The position numbers were made by a program, and so were the translations under genes. The notes below the pieces were generated by a model, which worked only from the letters and a program-made list of their open reading frames with translations, did not search any database and was not told where the DNA came from. A stretch of 60,986 nt of DNA, filler included, from Stramenopiles sp. TOSAG23-3 (lineage: Eukaryota), in the NCBI GenBank assembly GCA_900128585.1. It is 13 parts of 13 records of this genome, joined end to end, with 100 filler letters (N's around TTAATTAATTAA, not from the genome) between each part and the next. Parts side by side here need not be neighbours in the genome. Positions count along the whole stretch, not along the records: positions 18,871 to 23,475 come from LT643765.1; positions 23,576 to 28,177 come from LT643766.1; positions 28,278 to 32,874 come from LT643767.1; positions 32,975 to 37,564 come from LT643768.1; 9 more parts are not named here. One strand, written 5' to 3'. Shown here piece by piece: positions 21,289 through 33,369 of this stretch. Each line of letters starts with the position of its first letter. Within the stretch, counting starts at the first letter, position 1.

Positions 21289-23109
21289 ATGTTCAGTCGG
21301 TCGGGGAAGAGGACCGGGGCGTCCTTCACGGTCCAAGTCGTCTGCGCGGCCGTCCTAGTTTTTTCATCCCGGTCGACCACCAGCCTTAAGCTCCGCGGCA
21401 GGATCCCGCTGTCCCCTCCCGCGAACAACCCGCTCGACCCCCAGTTTTTCAATTCGGACAGCCAGGCAGGGCTTGGGTTGAAGACCCGCCAACAGATGGC
21501 CCCGAGCGGGGAGTTCATCGTCGACACGAACGCGGAGGTCGGGTTGAACAACGCGTTCGACAACCCCATAAAGAACGCAGGATTTTTGAACGACTACCTG
21601 TCGATGACGAAGAAAGAGATCGCATCCGCGAAGAGCGCAAACATCGACCCAAAACTGGGGGCCGCCCTGTACGTAAAGACGGGCATTACGAAGCAGAAGC
21701 CCATGGGGATCAGTGCGGAAGAGCTCGGAAGCTTAGACTCGATGCAGGTGGCGCAGATGACGTCCCAGCACATGAACACGGAAGAGTGGAAAAGCGTCAA
21801 CGAACAGATAGAAGACCGACCGCCCGCGTTCCACGCACCCCCCGGCGACCCGGACTGGGGGTCCCTGAACAAGCCCATCTCGCCCGCGGCGAAGCGTGGG
21901 TTTCCCGACGGCACGGACGCGCACGGCGGGGCCCTCGGGGACGAGGGCGGCATGCGTGCCGGGGGGGGGGGGGGCAGGGGGTCCTCCGGCGGTTCGGCGA
22001 ACTATGACTCGAGCTACACCCCCGTCACCGGCGGGGCCGCGTGCACCCCGCCCCCATCGGGGTTTTTGCCGGGCCGGGGGTCCAATGCCCTGTTCAAACA
22101 GCTCGAAGTGCACGAAGGGAACATCGACCACGTCTACAGGGACAGCCGGGGGCTGCTCACGTTTGGGATTGGGCACTTGATCACTAGCAGCGACCCGGAG
22201 TACGGGAAGCCGGTGGGCCACCCCGTCGACGCAACGCGCATACGAACGGTCTTCAAGTACGACGCAAACAAACACTTGCAAGAAGCGAAAAGCCTGTACT
22301 CGAACTTTGCGCAGTTGCCGGAGGAGGTCCAGCTGATCGTTACGGACATGGCGTTCAACATGGGCTGCGCGGGGGGAAAGGGCCTCGCCGCGTTCAAAAA
22401 CATGAAGCGGGCAGTGTTGGCAAAGAACTACGTCGCGGCCGCAAGCGAGATGCAGAATTCCAGGTGGTGCGGGCAAGTAGGGAGACGGTGTAGTAATTTG
22501 GTCGGGAGAATGCGGGCGTTGGGAAACTGCGGGGACGGCGCGGCCCAGCAATCGTCCAGCAGTAGCAGCAGCAGCAGCAGCAGCAGCCGGAGGGCCTCCT
22601 CGTCCTCCAGCTCCGTCCAGCCGTCGCAGGCGCCCGCAGGAGGTGGGTGCCCAGGTGGCAACATTTGGACCAAGGTTAAAAACCATCGGGAAATCAGGCT
22701 CAACAATTACCACCCGAGCGGGGTCCAAGACCAAGCCTTCCCGAACTTGCAGGTCGGCGAAGCGGCAAAGGGCAACCGGGCGCACCTTTCGAATTACGGG
22801 AACGCCCCAGGCGGGTCCACCTGCTTGCTTCCCAAGCTGGGGAACTTTTTGCTCTCCCTCGCAGACAATTACGGGGGGGTCACCATAAACTCCATTGCGG
22901 GGGCCAGCCACAGCAGGAACTCCAAGCACTACAGGGGAATCGCGATCGACGTCGGGAAATTGAAAGGCAAGACCTTGAACAACTATGCAATGGCAAAGCT
23001 TGTCGTCGACACGTGCCACAAGATGGGAGGTTACGCCTGCTCCAACCCAGGTGGCAGGAAGCTTGCCGGCTGCCCTGGGCATAGTACATGGGTGCATTGC
23101 AGTTTTTAA
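21289..23109 (+). CDS. Predicted secreted bifunctional peptidoglycan hydrolase: GH24 phage-type lysozyme plus M15-like Zn peptidase
   Basis: Hydrophobic N-terminal segment; HEGNIDHVYRDSRGLLTFGIGHL (E-x8-D-x5-T), MAFNMG, AASEMQNSRWCGQVGRR; poly-Ser linker; SHSRNSKHYRGIAIDV...GHSTWVHCSF. Confidence 0.85.
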   Translation: MFSRSGKRTGASFTVQVVCAAVLVFSSRSTTSLKLRGRIPLSPPANNPLDPQFFNSDSQAGLGLKTRQQMAPSGEFIVDTNAEVGLNNAFDNPIKNAGFLNDYLSMTKKEIASAKSANIDPKLGAALYVKTGITKQKPMGISAEELGSLDSMQVAQMTSQHMNTEEWKSVNEQIEDRPPAFHAPPGDPDWGSLNKPISPAAKRGFPDGTDAHGGALGDEGGMRAGGGGGRGSSGGSANYDSSYTPVTGGAACTPPPSGFLPGRGSNALFKQLEVHEGNIDHVYRDSRGLLTFGIGHLITSSDPEYGKPVGHPVDATRIRTVFKYDANKHLQEAKSLYSNFAQLPEEVQLIVTDMAFNMGCAGGKGLAAFKNMKRAVLAKNYVAAASEMQNSRWCGQVGRRCSNLVGRMRALGNCGDGAAQQSSSSSSSSSSSSRRASSSSSSVQPSQAPAGGGCPGGNIWTKVKNHREIRLNNYHPSGVQDQAFPNLQVGEAAKGNRAHLSNYGNAPGGSTCLLPKLGNFLLSLADNYGGVTINSIAGASHSRNSKHYRGIAIDVGKLKGKTLNNYAMAKLVVDTCHKMGGYACSNPGGRKLAGCPGHSTWVHCSF

Positions 23110-24022
23110 CAGGCTTTGAAGAGAAAGATGTTTTGTAAATATTTTAGGATGGTAGCCGCACATATTAAATTCTGTCATGTGTTTGGTATGAAAGAACCTT
23201 GTTCTCTTCCGATCCTTCATCCTGCCCCCTCACCCCCTTTCTTCTTTCAATCTCTCCCACCGAACCCCACTTTCCTCGTTGACAAAAGGAACAGATCGAT
23301 GGTGCGAAATGAGACAAATGCCAGAAGGATCATTTTAAATAGGGAAGAATAATACATTAGAATACGATATTAGTACATATGGTTTCTTCATCGTTACTTC
23401 ATTATGAACCTCTTCCTCTTTCTTCTTCTTTTCTTCATTATGAACCTCTTCTTCTTCTTTACTTCATTATGAACCNNNNNNNNNNNNNNNNNNNNNNNNN
23501 NNNNNNNNNNNNNNNNNNNTTAATTAATTAANNNNNNNNNNNNNNNNNNNNNNNNNNNNNNNNNNNNNNNNNNNNAAGATGATCGATGATGATATCATCA
23601 TCGATCGGGGAGGCTATAATACTAGTCGTCTATTATTATTCAAGGCTGGGCTGTGGGCTGTTGTTGTTGTTGTTTATTAATTGTGATTTATTATAATAAA
23701 ATAATAATAATAAATTTTAATAATAATAATTTTTTTAATATTATTATTTAAAAAAAATAAAAGTAGTGGTTAGTTCGAAGAAGAATGAAAATGAATGAAT
23801 GAACAATAATTAAATTAAAAATATGAAATGAATTTGGTTTATATCTACAATCAATTGTTCTTCTCGCGCGAGTCTGTATAAGTCATTTTCCCCAACTTTT
23901 GATTGGTTTTTATTTGAGTCAAAATCAGTTTTGGGTGTTTGTATTATTCATCGATCTTTCAGTCGTGTTGTGTCTGTGTGTTTGGCAGAAGAGACCGTTT
24001 GCGTGCCGTACTGAACTGACAA

Positions 24023-24580
24023 ATGGAGTCGAAATACTCTTCGAAGTACGACGAAGGGAACAACGGCGAGTCTGTTCCCGAATCAGCAGCCGTGGGGGAA
24101 ATATGCGTGAGCAATGACCCAAAGGCGAGGAATATAGCAGATGGTTTCACGATTAAGTCTATGAACATGAGAGACGCTGGTACGGGGGATTTGATGTGGC
24201 AAAGCGAGGAGTGGACGGAGGGCCTGTTTAAAGAAGAATTGGTTGCAAGGGTTCCGCCTGAAATTCTCAGCTGCAGCGCCGTGGCGCGGGAGATCATATT
24301 TTCCTCCGAGGAGGAGATGGAACATTTTCGGCTGGAGCAGCGAGTGTTCTTCCAAGGCGTGTGCATGGAGGAATGGTTTTTTGATTTTGGCTTTGTGATC
24401 CCAGGCTCTACAAACTCGTGGCAGTCCACCATCGAGGCAGCAGGAGAAGGGGCCATGCTACCCGCACATTTGTTGAACGGAAACGTGACGATTGAAACGT
24501 CCTTTTATGACGGAAATTTGTTTGTAAGTAAGAGCTTGGTGCGCGTGTACTACGACGGGGACGTACCAGGCCGGAGGTAG
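24023..24580 (+). CDS. PDE6D: Prenyl-binding protein PDE-delta (GMP_PDE_delta family)
   Basis: MNMRDAGTG, ARVPPEILSCSAVAREIIFSS, EEWFFDFGFVIPGSTNSWQS, LNGNVTIETSFYDG. Confidence 0.93.
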   Translation: MESKYSSKYDEGNNGESVPESAAVGEICVSNDPKARNIADGFTIKSMNMRDAGTGDLMWQSEEWTEGLFKEELVARVPPEILSCSAVAREIIFSSEEEMEHFRLEQRVFFQGVCMEEWFFDFGFVIPGSTNSWQSTIEAAGEGAMLPAHLLNGNVTIETSFYDGNLFVSKSLVRVYYDGDVPGRR

Positions 24581-24926
24581 GCTGCGAAGATGACGACATC
24601 ACAGGATCACAGGCCCACGCGCGTGCCACTCGAACAACGATAAATCGTGGTCCGAGAAAGTCCCTGTAGTAGATGTAGGGTGCAAAATTGTTGCGTCACC
24701 AAAAATATTTTTATAACTTTTTACTGTGTAAGAATCTAATAGTTTCTAAAAATGTGCGTGTTACGAGAAGTTCGTGTGGTTAAAGAATCTTACAAAAATT
24801 CTTATTATAATGAATCAGGTTAAAGAACATATCGCATCGCATGAAAGAGTATTTTTATGCAAAATCCAACACTTCAAATATCGTAACAGCAGATATTTTG
24901 TTTTTATAAATTCCAAACTTCTAAAC

Positions 24927-25757
24927 TCATGCCGTTGCTTCACTAGGTGCCTGCGACCCCCCTGCAATGACGGTTCCCGGCAAAGTTTTGTTAGGTTCAC
25001 TAGAAATTAACTGCATTTCGTTGAGTGGGTATACTCGGCAAAAAATACGATACTTTAGCATAGTCACTGGAACAGGACCGTACTGTCGGGAGTCCGTAGA
25101 ATTCAACGGGTTGTCCCCTTGTAACCACACGTGGCCTTTGGGGATCTCGTGCGTCTCGTATCGGAACCCTCCATGGTCGGTCATGGGCACCTTCACCGTG
25201 TCTCCCTCGACTGCCCGGATGCGCTTGCAGACGGATTTTTTTGGGTCCGTAGGGGACGCTGCAACCACGACGTCACCCGCATGAAATCCCGTAAACCTAG
25301 GGGTGAGCGCGTCGCTCAGAACTATGTCGCCTGCACGATTGAATGTCGGGAGCATGGAGGGACCAATCACCAGCGTTACGTTCAGGACGTAATTCGCCCA
25401 CACGTGCATGATCGACCCGACGACGACGATGCCGCCGAGAAAATGTAGTGTTTCCTTGTTGTCCGTCGCAGAACGTTTTAAAAAGGCAAAAAAGTCAAAC
25501 AAGTTATCTTTCTGCCGTTGGCCACTGCCATCACCGGCTTCCTTCCCTCCCTCCCTCCCAGCCTTCCTCCCACGACCCCGTCCACCGCTACTCTTTCCAC
25601 TACTAAAAAGCCGTCTTCTGGTGAGACCACTGAGACGACTACTTCCATTTTGAACGAAACTAAACGGCAGCGGGCTTTTGTATTTAAAATTCAAAGATGC
25701 CAGCGGAGAGCGCTTACCAAAACGCAAAGGCAAGAACCGCGCGAATAATTTATCCAT
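24927..25757 (-). CDS. IMP1: Mitochondrial inner membrane protease subunit 1 (peptidase S26)
   Basis: GPSMLPT, GDVVVAASPTDPKKSVCKRI, IPKGHVWLQGDNPLNSTDSRQYGPVP; Arg-rich presequence from the ATG at 25757. Confidence 0.88.
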   Translation of the reverse strand: MDKLFARFLPLRFGKRSPLASLNFKYKSPLPFSFVQNGSSRLSGLTRRRLFSSGKSSGGRGRGRKAGREGGKEAGDGSGQRQKDNLFDFFAFLKRSATDNKETLHFLGGIVVVGSIMHVWANYVLNVTLVIGPSMLPTFNRAGDIVLSDALTPRFTGFHAGDVVVAASPTDPKKSVCKRIRAVEGDTVKVPMTDHGGFRYETHEIPKGHVWLQGDNPLNSTDSRQYGPVPVTMLKYRIFCRVYPLNEMQLISSEPNKTLPGTVIAGGSQAPSEATA

Positions 25758-26321
25758 GCGTGAAGCGACAAAGAAGACAGACAGAGAATTCAGGGCACGC
25801 CCACGTCCGTCCAACACACACCGCAACAAAAGAAAAACAACTCTTCTCTCAGACCTGAAAAAACAAAAACCGTCACACCCTTACTGTCGCACCTCTAAAT
25901 TAAAACAATTGGCCGAAACGGTTTAGAAAAAGAACACGCGCGTTTCCTTTGTAGGAAAAACCTTTTGCAACGGAGCTACATTCATTCAACGCGCACGCAT
26001 TCAAGTTGGTCGAGAGAGGACGAGACGGCCGGCGGCGGCGGAGGGAGAAGAAGAAAGAAGAAGAAGGAAGAAGAAGAAAAAAAAAGGAGGAAAAATTATA
26101 CAAAGGAATACTACCGTACCAACAAAAACCAGAAAAAAAACAGGTTTCAGTAGTATTATAACGTACCCTACGAGGGGTATTATATCTCCTGTATTTACCA
26201 CCTGTTTTTTTTACTTTTTTTCATTTATTAAGAGACTATATTTTATTATAGGTTTGCATTCCTTCAATAATAATTTAAAAACACAGACACAAGAAGGAAA
26301 AGCAAAATAATGGCTGTTATC

Positions 26322-28177
26322 TCAAAAATAGTTTCGTTTCATTTGTTTGACTTTGAGCTTGCTTGGTTTTCCGTACCGCCCAGTGCTTTTTAACGAAGCC
26401 GTGTATGCAATTTTTTCTGGCACCCCTGCCAATTTCAGGGAATCGTAAATTTGGGGGGCATCTTCCGGATTCGCGTGTGCACCAATGGTCCGTATAAGTA
26501 TATCGTACGTTCCTGCTGAGGGCTTTACACCATCGCTTAGCATGGCCTTGAAGGCAATGGCCGCTCGTCTCCAATCTCCCCCCAAGGAACAGCTGCAAAA
26601 GACGATATGGTAGAGGCGGCGGTCCCCTTTCACATTGACCCGTTTCATTTCTTCGACCATGCGAATCGCGCGAGTTCCTTGCGGCGGCAAAGCATTCTTG
26701 CAACTCAAAAATATATACTTGAAAACCTCCTTATCCGGGACAAGGTGGCACCCAATGAACGCCGCATAGATGTAAAACGCCTCCTGCCATGCTCCGGCGT
26801 TCCCGCACAAAAGCAAATTCTTCATGAAATACGTCTTTAATTTCGGTCGGTCATGCCCCTCCCGCGACATTCGGTTGGCAACCATCAAATCGTACTGCAT
26901 CAGGGAGGGACGGTACACGACCCCCCTCCACCCGTTCGGTTCGAGGATTTGCGTGTCTTCCAAAATGCCACTGTCCTGCAACCGCTTCCTTGCGCGGTTT
27001 AAACGGGACAAGATCTCCTTGCGTTCTGCGTTGAACTTTTTGCTCTTTCCTTTGAAATCGTTTGATGCGCTCGCTAGCGCATCTCCTGTTCGCTGGATTT
27101 CACTTTCCAACAGTTCCTTTACGGCCTTGTACTTCTCATCGTACGGGGTGCATATCGCAATCGCTCGTGCAGTGAACCCCGCCAGGCTGTTCCTCACTTC
27201 TTTTGGGTTTCTTAAATTGACAGACTTCTTGAAGTCGCGACAGTCACGCCACAACTGCTGCACTAGGGCCGGGTCCGGAATATTGTCTTTCAAATGCCTT
27301 TGCAGACGCACGACAACATTCACGGCCCGTTTTCGCCACGCCGTGCGCTCCGTGTACCCACCCTCTGCAATATCGACCTGCGCCTGCTCCAACTCCCGCA
27401 ACCACTTAGGCCGGTTTTTCCTGTATATTTCTTTTGCCGCATCGAGGTCTATCTTAGAGGTGTACTTGACGGTTTCCAAGTTCGTCCTAGCTGCGTCAAT
27501 GTCCCGCTTGCTCTCCTCGACCAGGGCCTCGTACCGCATCGGCATCAGCTCTGCATCGGACTTTGCTATTTCTATGTTTACTAATTGGTCTATGTTCCTT
27601 TGGCTTTGGGTTTGGAGGCCTTCGAGCCACGATTCCATCTTCTTTTCCGCCAGGGCAACCGAATGCTGAATATCGCGTGTGGCTCTCTGCAACTTTTCTG
27701 CCGGTATTTGAGCCTCGAGGCCGAGAAGCGACCTTTTGACAAGTTTCTGACTGCTGGAGAGGATGTTTTCCACGGCACGCTTCCTCTCAGGGGTGTACAC
27801 GGTCACGGGCACCGTGCCGTCTTGCTCCAAGGTGGTGCTCAATCCCATATCATCCGTTTCTGGGTCTAGCCATTGCTCGTCAACGTCTTCTACAAACACA
27901 ATAGAGGAGGAAGTCATCATGCTTTCAAACTCTTTCTCCCGTTGCGCTTTTATGACTGCTACCTGGCCCTGAAAAATTTGGGCTTTGCGGGAGCGCTCGT
28001 CTTCGCTGGTCATCTCCGCCCTTTCCGAGGCAATAAACCTTTCGAAAGCTTCGGCGTCTGCGAACTGTTTCTTTCTCAGCTCCGCCTCTTCGTTCCACTG
28101 TTTTCTTTCTGCTATAGTCAGGTTGTTAGGATCTTCATACCGCTGCAACCACTCTGGTTTGTTCATCATATCCCGCT
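26322..28177 (-). CDS. Coiled-coil protein with C-terminal pentatricopeptide (PPR) repeats, probably 5'-truncated
   Basis: Three to four PPR-like units (e.g. YHIVFCSCSLGGDWRRAAIAFKAMLSDGVKPSAGTYDILI); frame is open to the contig edge. Confidence 0.7.
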
Positions 28178-28931
28178 NNNNNNNNNNNNNNNNNNNNNNN
28201 NNNNNNNNNNNNNNNNNNNNNTTAATTAATTAANNNNNNNNNNNNNNNNNNNNNNNNNNNNNNNNNNNNNNNNNNNNCACAGCAGCATAGACACAGTACT
28301 GTTACAACCAACTCCGCTCGCTGAGAGAAAGAAGAAAGTTAGGAAACAGAAAGATTAAGTCTAAAAAAAATGAAGAAAGAAAGAAAATTAAAAACAACTA
28401 ATCCATCCTCCTTTTGAAGAAAAAAAAACCAAAGAAAACAGCAAAATCATTTTTCTCCTATTTACATAGTAATAACATTGTCAGAATCTCGATTCATAAT
28501 TTAAAGCTGTTATAAATAATCTGTAAAAGACAAAAACATCATCCTTTTTTTCTATCTCTTCTTCCCAGAAATCATGTCATTCTTCTGTTATTTATTCCAC
28601 ATTATTGATAATTTAAATAGGGCAGATTTAATTCGGATCACAGCATGGCCGTAGCGTACGATTCGTACACAATATTATATAAATAATAAACAACAAATAA
28701 CAACAACAACAAAAACAGAATGAACAACAACTGGGATTTGGACTTTAGAATGATTATTTGTGTTTTGCATGTGCCAGCAGTGCAAGTGCAACCATCCCAT
28801 TAATTGTCTTCTTCTTTCAGAGAGATACAAATTGAAATGTTGATTCAAAGTGTTCGATAGGGTTGAAACACCAAAGGTTGTCTTGCCTGGATATTTTTGC
28901 AGTTGCCATATCCAACACTCGCTTCAAAAGC

Positions 28932-31900
28932 ATGTGGCAAGAGTTGAACGCAGTGTCCGAAAATGCCGCGGCGCAAGCTGAGAGCGCTCGGGAGCAGCAC
29001 GAGTTTGACGCAATAGTAGAGCAAGTGTGCTTGGATTACGACACACACAGCGGGCGAAGACCTACCAAATTTGAAATTAATACGTTGTTTAGAAAGCGCC
29101 CCGATGGTAATGAAGTGAAGGCATCCGCATTAAATAAAGCTGTGGCGTTAGCTGTCATAGCATCTTTGCGCATTCGAAAACATTTGCAACCTTCGGGAAA
29201 AGTGGAAGCAGTGTCCATACCAGACGTAGTATACACCCAGGCCGCCGACCACGCGAAATTAGATAGACGATTGAACAAACTTGAAAAGCGCTGGCTCGAG
29301 TATTGGATAAATTCATGCGATAGCGCTGTTTCAGCAGTAATTAAGATTCAGAACCAAAGGCGCAAGCAGGTGGCGGTGCGGAGAGTGCAGGACCGCCGTG
29401 AGCAAAAAACGGCCGCCACCAAACTGCAGGCAATTGAACGGGGCCGTTCAGCACGGAAGACAGCACGTGAGCAAGAAGAGGCCGCCCTGACAATAGAAAA
29501 TGCGGTTAGAAAGAGAAAAGCAAAGCAACTCGCAGAAGTCAAACGGAAGGAAAAGGAGGAGAAGGATGCCGCTATGATTAAAATTCAGCGACAGGCTCGG
29601 AGAAAATTGGCCGAAAAGGAGGTGGAGAAGGTGAGAGAAGAAAAGGTTTTGGACAGGACAACGTGGAAAAAAGAAGATGCCCAAAGCCATTTAGAAGAGT
29701 TGAAGCAAGTGAAAATGGCTGTAGCAGGGCTTCAAAAAGCCGTTGAAAGCGTGCAAACACACGCCGTAAACGAATTAAAAAAGACGGTAGAAGGAATGAA
29801 CGAGTTGCGGTCAACCATCGATGGGGGGCATTCGGAGCTGCCCCGGTACATGCGAACGACCCACACCAAGAATATGAAGCGGGACTCCAAGGGAGGAAAA
29901 AGACGCATTCCCAAGGAAGCCAAGCCGACCCCTCACAAGGATCCGTTAGTCTTCGGACCACCGCGCCCTCTTCCCAAAAGGTCAAAAAAAAAGAAAAAAG
30001 GAAACAAACAGCGGAATCGTCGAAAGGGCAGAGGCCGAAATTCACCTTACCTTCGCGGACCAAGGCCCCAGCACCGTTACCGCGGGTTTGCTGAGTCGGA
30101 TGGGTACGAAAATTACGTGAAAGTAGCGTACGACTTGCACGGTCACCGAATTGCCGTCCCTACTGGCATGAATGAGGCACAGTTCACCATGAGCCTTGGC
30201 CCAACAATAAAAGGGCGCCCGCACTACGGTGTATCTGAACCGATTCCTCCCTCACCAGAATTTTTACAGGGCATGGAAGGCAAAGGGAACCCCCCGTGGC
30301 GTTCCCCAGGCGCCAGCGTCCGACCATCCCCCCCCACAAAGGCCAGGCCCTCTGGGGTGAAAGCGTCGCCACCCGTCCATAGAGGAGGAAGGGCAAATGC
30401 CGCAAGCATGATGCCTCAAAATCATACCAGCGCACGCATGGTAGCGGGACTGATGGGCTCTGACCCAGGAATTCAGGCACGGCAAGGTTGGTCGCTCCCA
30501 AGGGGGAGGCAGCTAGACGCAATTTCCGATGGAAGAAAATCCATAGAGTTTGACCATAAAGCGGGAGTATCACCCCATTTATCCAGTTGGATCGACTACC
30601 GTCTCCAGAGACAACGCCGTGAAGCCGCCGTCCAGAAACGAAAAGAATCGTTGTACGGCTGGGCTTTGAACAAACGAAAAGCGATGAACGGGGAGTTGAA
30701 TGAGTTTGATGGGAGTGGCTTCGATGAGAGTTCCTTGCTGATGGACAGTGCCCAAGACTCGTTTAATATGGACAACTCTTTCGGTAATTTTGATATAGAC
30801 GGTATGGATAGCACTTTGGAGCTGGACGGGTTCGAGGGGAACATGCATCCTCACATCCGGAAAGAGTTTGAGCACGAAGCGAATTTGATGGACAGGCTGC
30901 GGCGCCACGATGACGGTAGCGATGGGGTGCTTTCTCCGCACCGTGACCTGAGCGCAAGGAGGCCGCGACCGCACTTTGGAGGCGAAATGCACAATGTCGT
31001 GGAGAGCGATGTTGAGCAGCGCCATGGCACAGCGTTTCGGCACGAAAAGAAGCCGCGAGAGCACCAAAAGAGCAGGCAAGAAATGGAGCTGATGGCGATG
31101 AAACGGCAATCGAAAATGAGGGGTCTTCTTGGTAAAGGCATGCGAGGTGCACAGACCCAGAAACACAACGATGAGATTCGCAGACGGGAACAAGCCCATG
31201 CCGAACAATTGGCCGAAATGAAGAGGGAAATGGCTGCCATGAAGGGTCAGCAAATGCTAGGAAGTTTTGCGTCCAAAGTTCGAAAATCGAACGTGCAATC
31301 ACAGCGAGAACTAGAGCTTGAGGCTGAACTCAAGCGGCATCAGCAAACTGCAGCAATGCAAAAGCAAAGTGCAATGGCCAATAGGTTAAAACTCTCCATG
31401 AAGAAGGGAAACGCTGAGAAGGAAAGCGATTTTCTGAAGCAGCAGCACGAGGCAGAACAAGAGCGTTTGCGTAGAGAACACGAGATGGAATTGGAAAGAA
31501 TGAAACGAGAGCTAGAATCCCATAAATCTAACGCCCAGAAAAGCAGCATGGCGAAAATGATGCTGTCGGCGTCAAGCAGAGCCAACCAAGAGGAGAGCAA
31601 ACGAAGAATTGCGGAGGAAATGGCGGCTATGCAAGCGCAACAGGAAGAAGCCCACAGGAGAGAACTGGAAGAGTTGCAGCTGCAGATGCAGAGGGACAAG
31701 GAAATGCACGAACACAATCTTGTTTTGGCACAAGCTGAAGTACAGAATGTAAAGAGTAAGTTGTCCGTGGCCGAACAAGAGGCGGAATCCTTCAAACAAG
31801 ATGAGGCAAAGCAAAAGGCAGAACTGGACGATATGCACAGAGCAGAAAGAGAGCACATGGCAAAGTTGCACGAAGACGAACTAAATAAAGCCAAAGCGGA

Positions 31901-32661
31901 CATGGCGCGGAAAAAGTTTGGGAGACTTGGGAAAGCCAAAACAAATCTTATCAAGCTGAAAAAACAGCACGAGGAGGAATTGAATCAGATGAAGGATAAA
32001 CATTCCGAAGACGCGGAAGATTTACACCTATCTTTGACGGCCGACAAACTGCTAGTGGATCATGCTTTAAAGGAAGAGAAAGAAATGGCGGAGTACGATG
32101 CCACGTTTAATGCTGCTTTTCCCGAGGGGGAGGCGTCGCTACACGAGACGACGGGCGATGCCCACGATGACTTTGCCGCCGTCTTGGCCGATCTTGGGCA
32201 CCATGACTTAATGGGCGACGGGGAGTTTGACGCTGTCGACCAGTCGACCGACGCGCCAATGGAACACCATGAATTCGAGGGCTTACTTGCCCAATTGGAA
32301 AGCGCGCATGGAGAGACTGGCGGTGAAATTGTTGATCATGATAGTGAGTTACATGGGCTAATGGGGGACTTTGGCGATATGGATGGCGAACCCGATCAAA
32401 GCCAGCACATGGAAGACTTTTTGAACAGTTTTGGAGAATTCTTCGTCAATCGTGACAGGCACAGATTATACAGATTCAGCGGCTCCTTCCTTTAGTGGTT
32501 ATGATGAATTTGGCGGCTTGGACAATAATCGCAGTGCCCACGAAGAAATGCTTCGGCATCACGAGCGCTCAAGACAGCATGAGAACCACTTGTCGAACCA
32601 GGCCCACGAAGTTAACAAGACTATCGCCGCACTGCAAGCGGCGAGTGCTGCCATGGACTAA
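28932..32661 (+). CDS. Large IQ-motif and coiled-coil protein with an apparent 1-nt frameshift near 32430
   Basis: Tandem IQ-like motifs (AATKLQAIERGRSARK, AMIKIQRQARRKLA) and a long E/K/Q coiled coil. The main ORF stops at 32495, but protein-like sequence continues in frame 32431-32661. Confidence 0.7.
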
Positions 32662-33369
32662 GCGATCACTGCGCGCGTGTAAAGGATAAATTTTTGACTT
32701 TTGTTTGTGGGTTAATGGCTGTGCGTGCGTGTAAAATCATTCTCTTATTACGAGAAAAATTTGGCTGTTATTTTTTATAGTAATTAAAATTAAAGAAAAA
32801 AGAAGGTGTCAGTTCAAGAACAATGTCTCCTCCTATTACGGATCCTCCCCAAGTTCTGGTCGAGATTCCAATTGNNNNNNNNNNNNNNNNNNNNNNNNNN
32901 NNNNNNNNNNNNNNNNNNTTAATTAATTAANNNNNNNNNNNNNNNNNNNNNNNNNNNNNNNNNNNNNNNNNNNNAGAAGAAGAAGAAGAAACCTTCCCTA
33001 TATTAATATTTCCAAAATATTCATATGCTGTGTTTACATTAAATATAAACGTGACCAATAAATAATATTTTTTGTGGATAAAAAATAATAATAATAATAA
33101 AAAAATTTAAATGTTGTTGTTCTTTCTTTCTCTTGTAAAACATACGTCGAATTTTGGACGTAAGAAGAAAGGAAGGAAGGAAGACATTAGGAGGCGTTTA
33201 GACAATAAATTGAATTCATACGGACAGGTTGGTTTATACGTTTGTGCTTTTTAGTGGCTTACCACACACACGCAAGAAAGAAAGAAAGAACCGAATACGA
33301 CGTATCGTGAGAGTGGTGCCGCCGTGCCTGCCGTGTTTTGTTAAGAAGGAGAGCGAGGGAGACAAAATT

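Noticed and set aside
21733-23220. 495-aa antisense ORF over the lysozyme gene
   Set aside because: Shadow of GC-rich codon usage on the + strand; no motifs.
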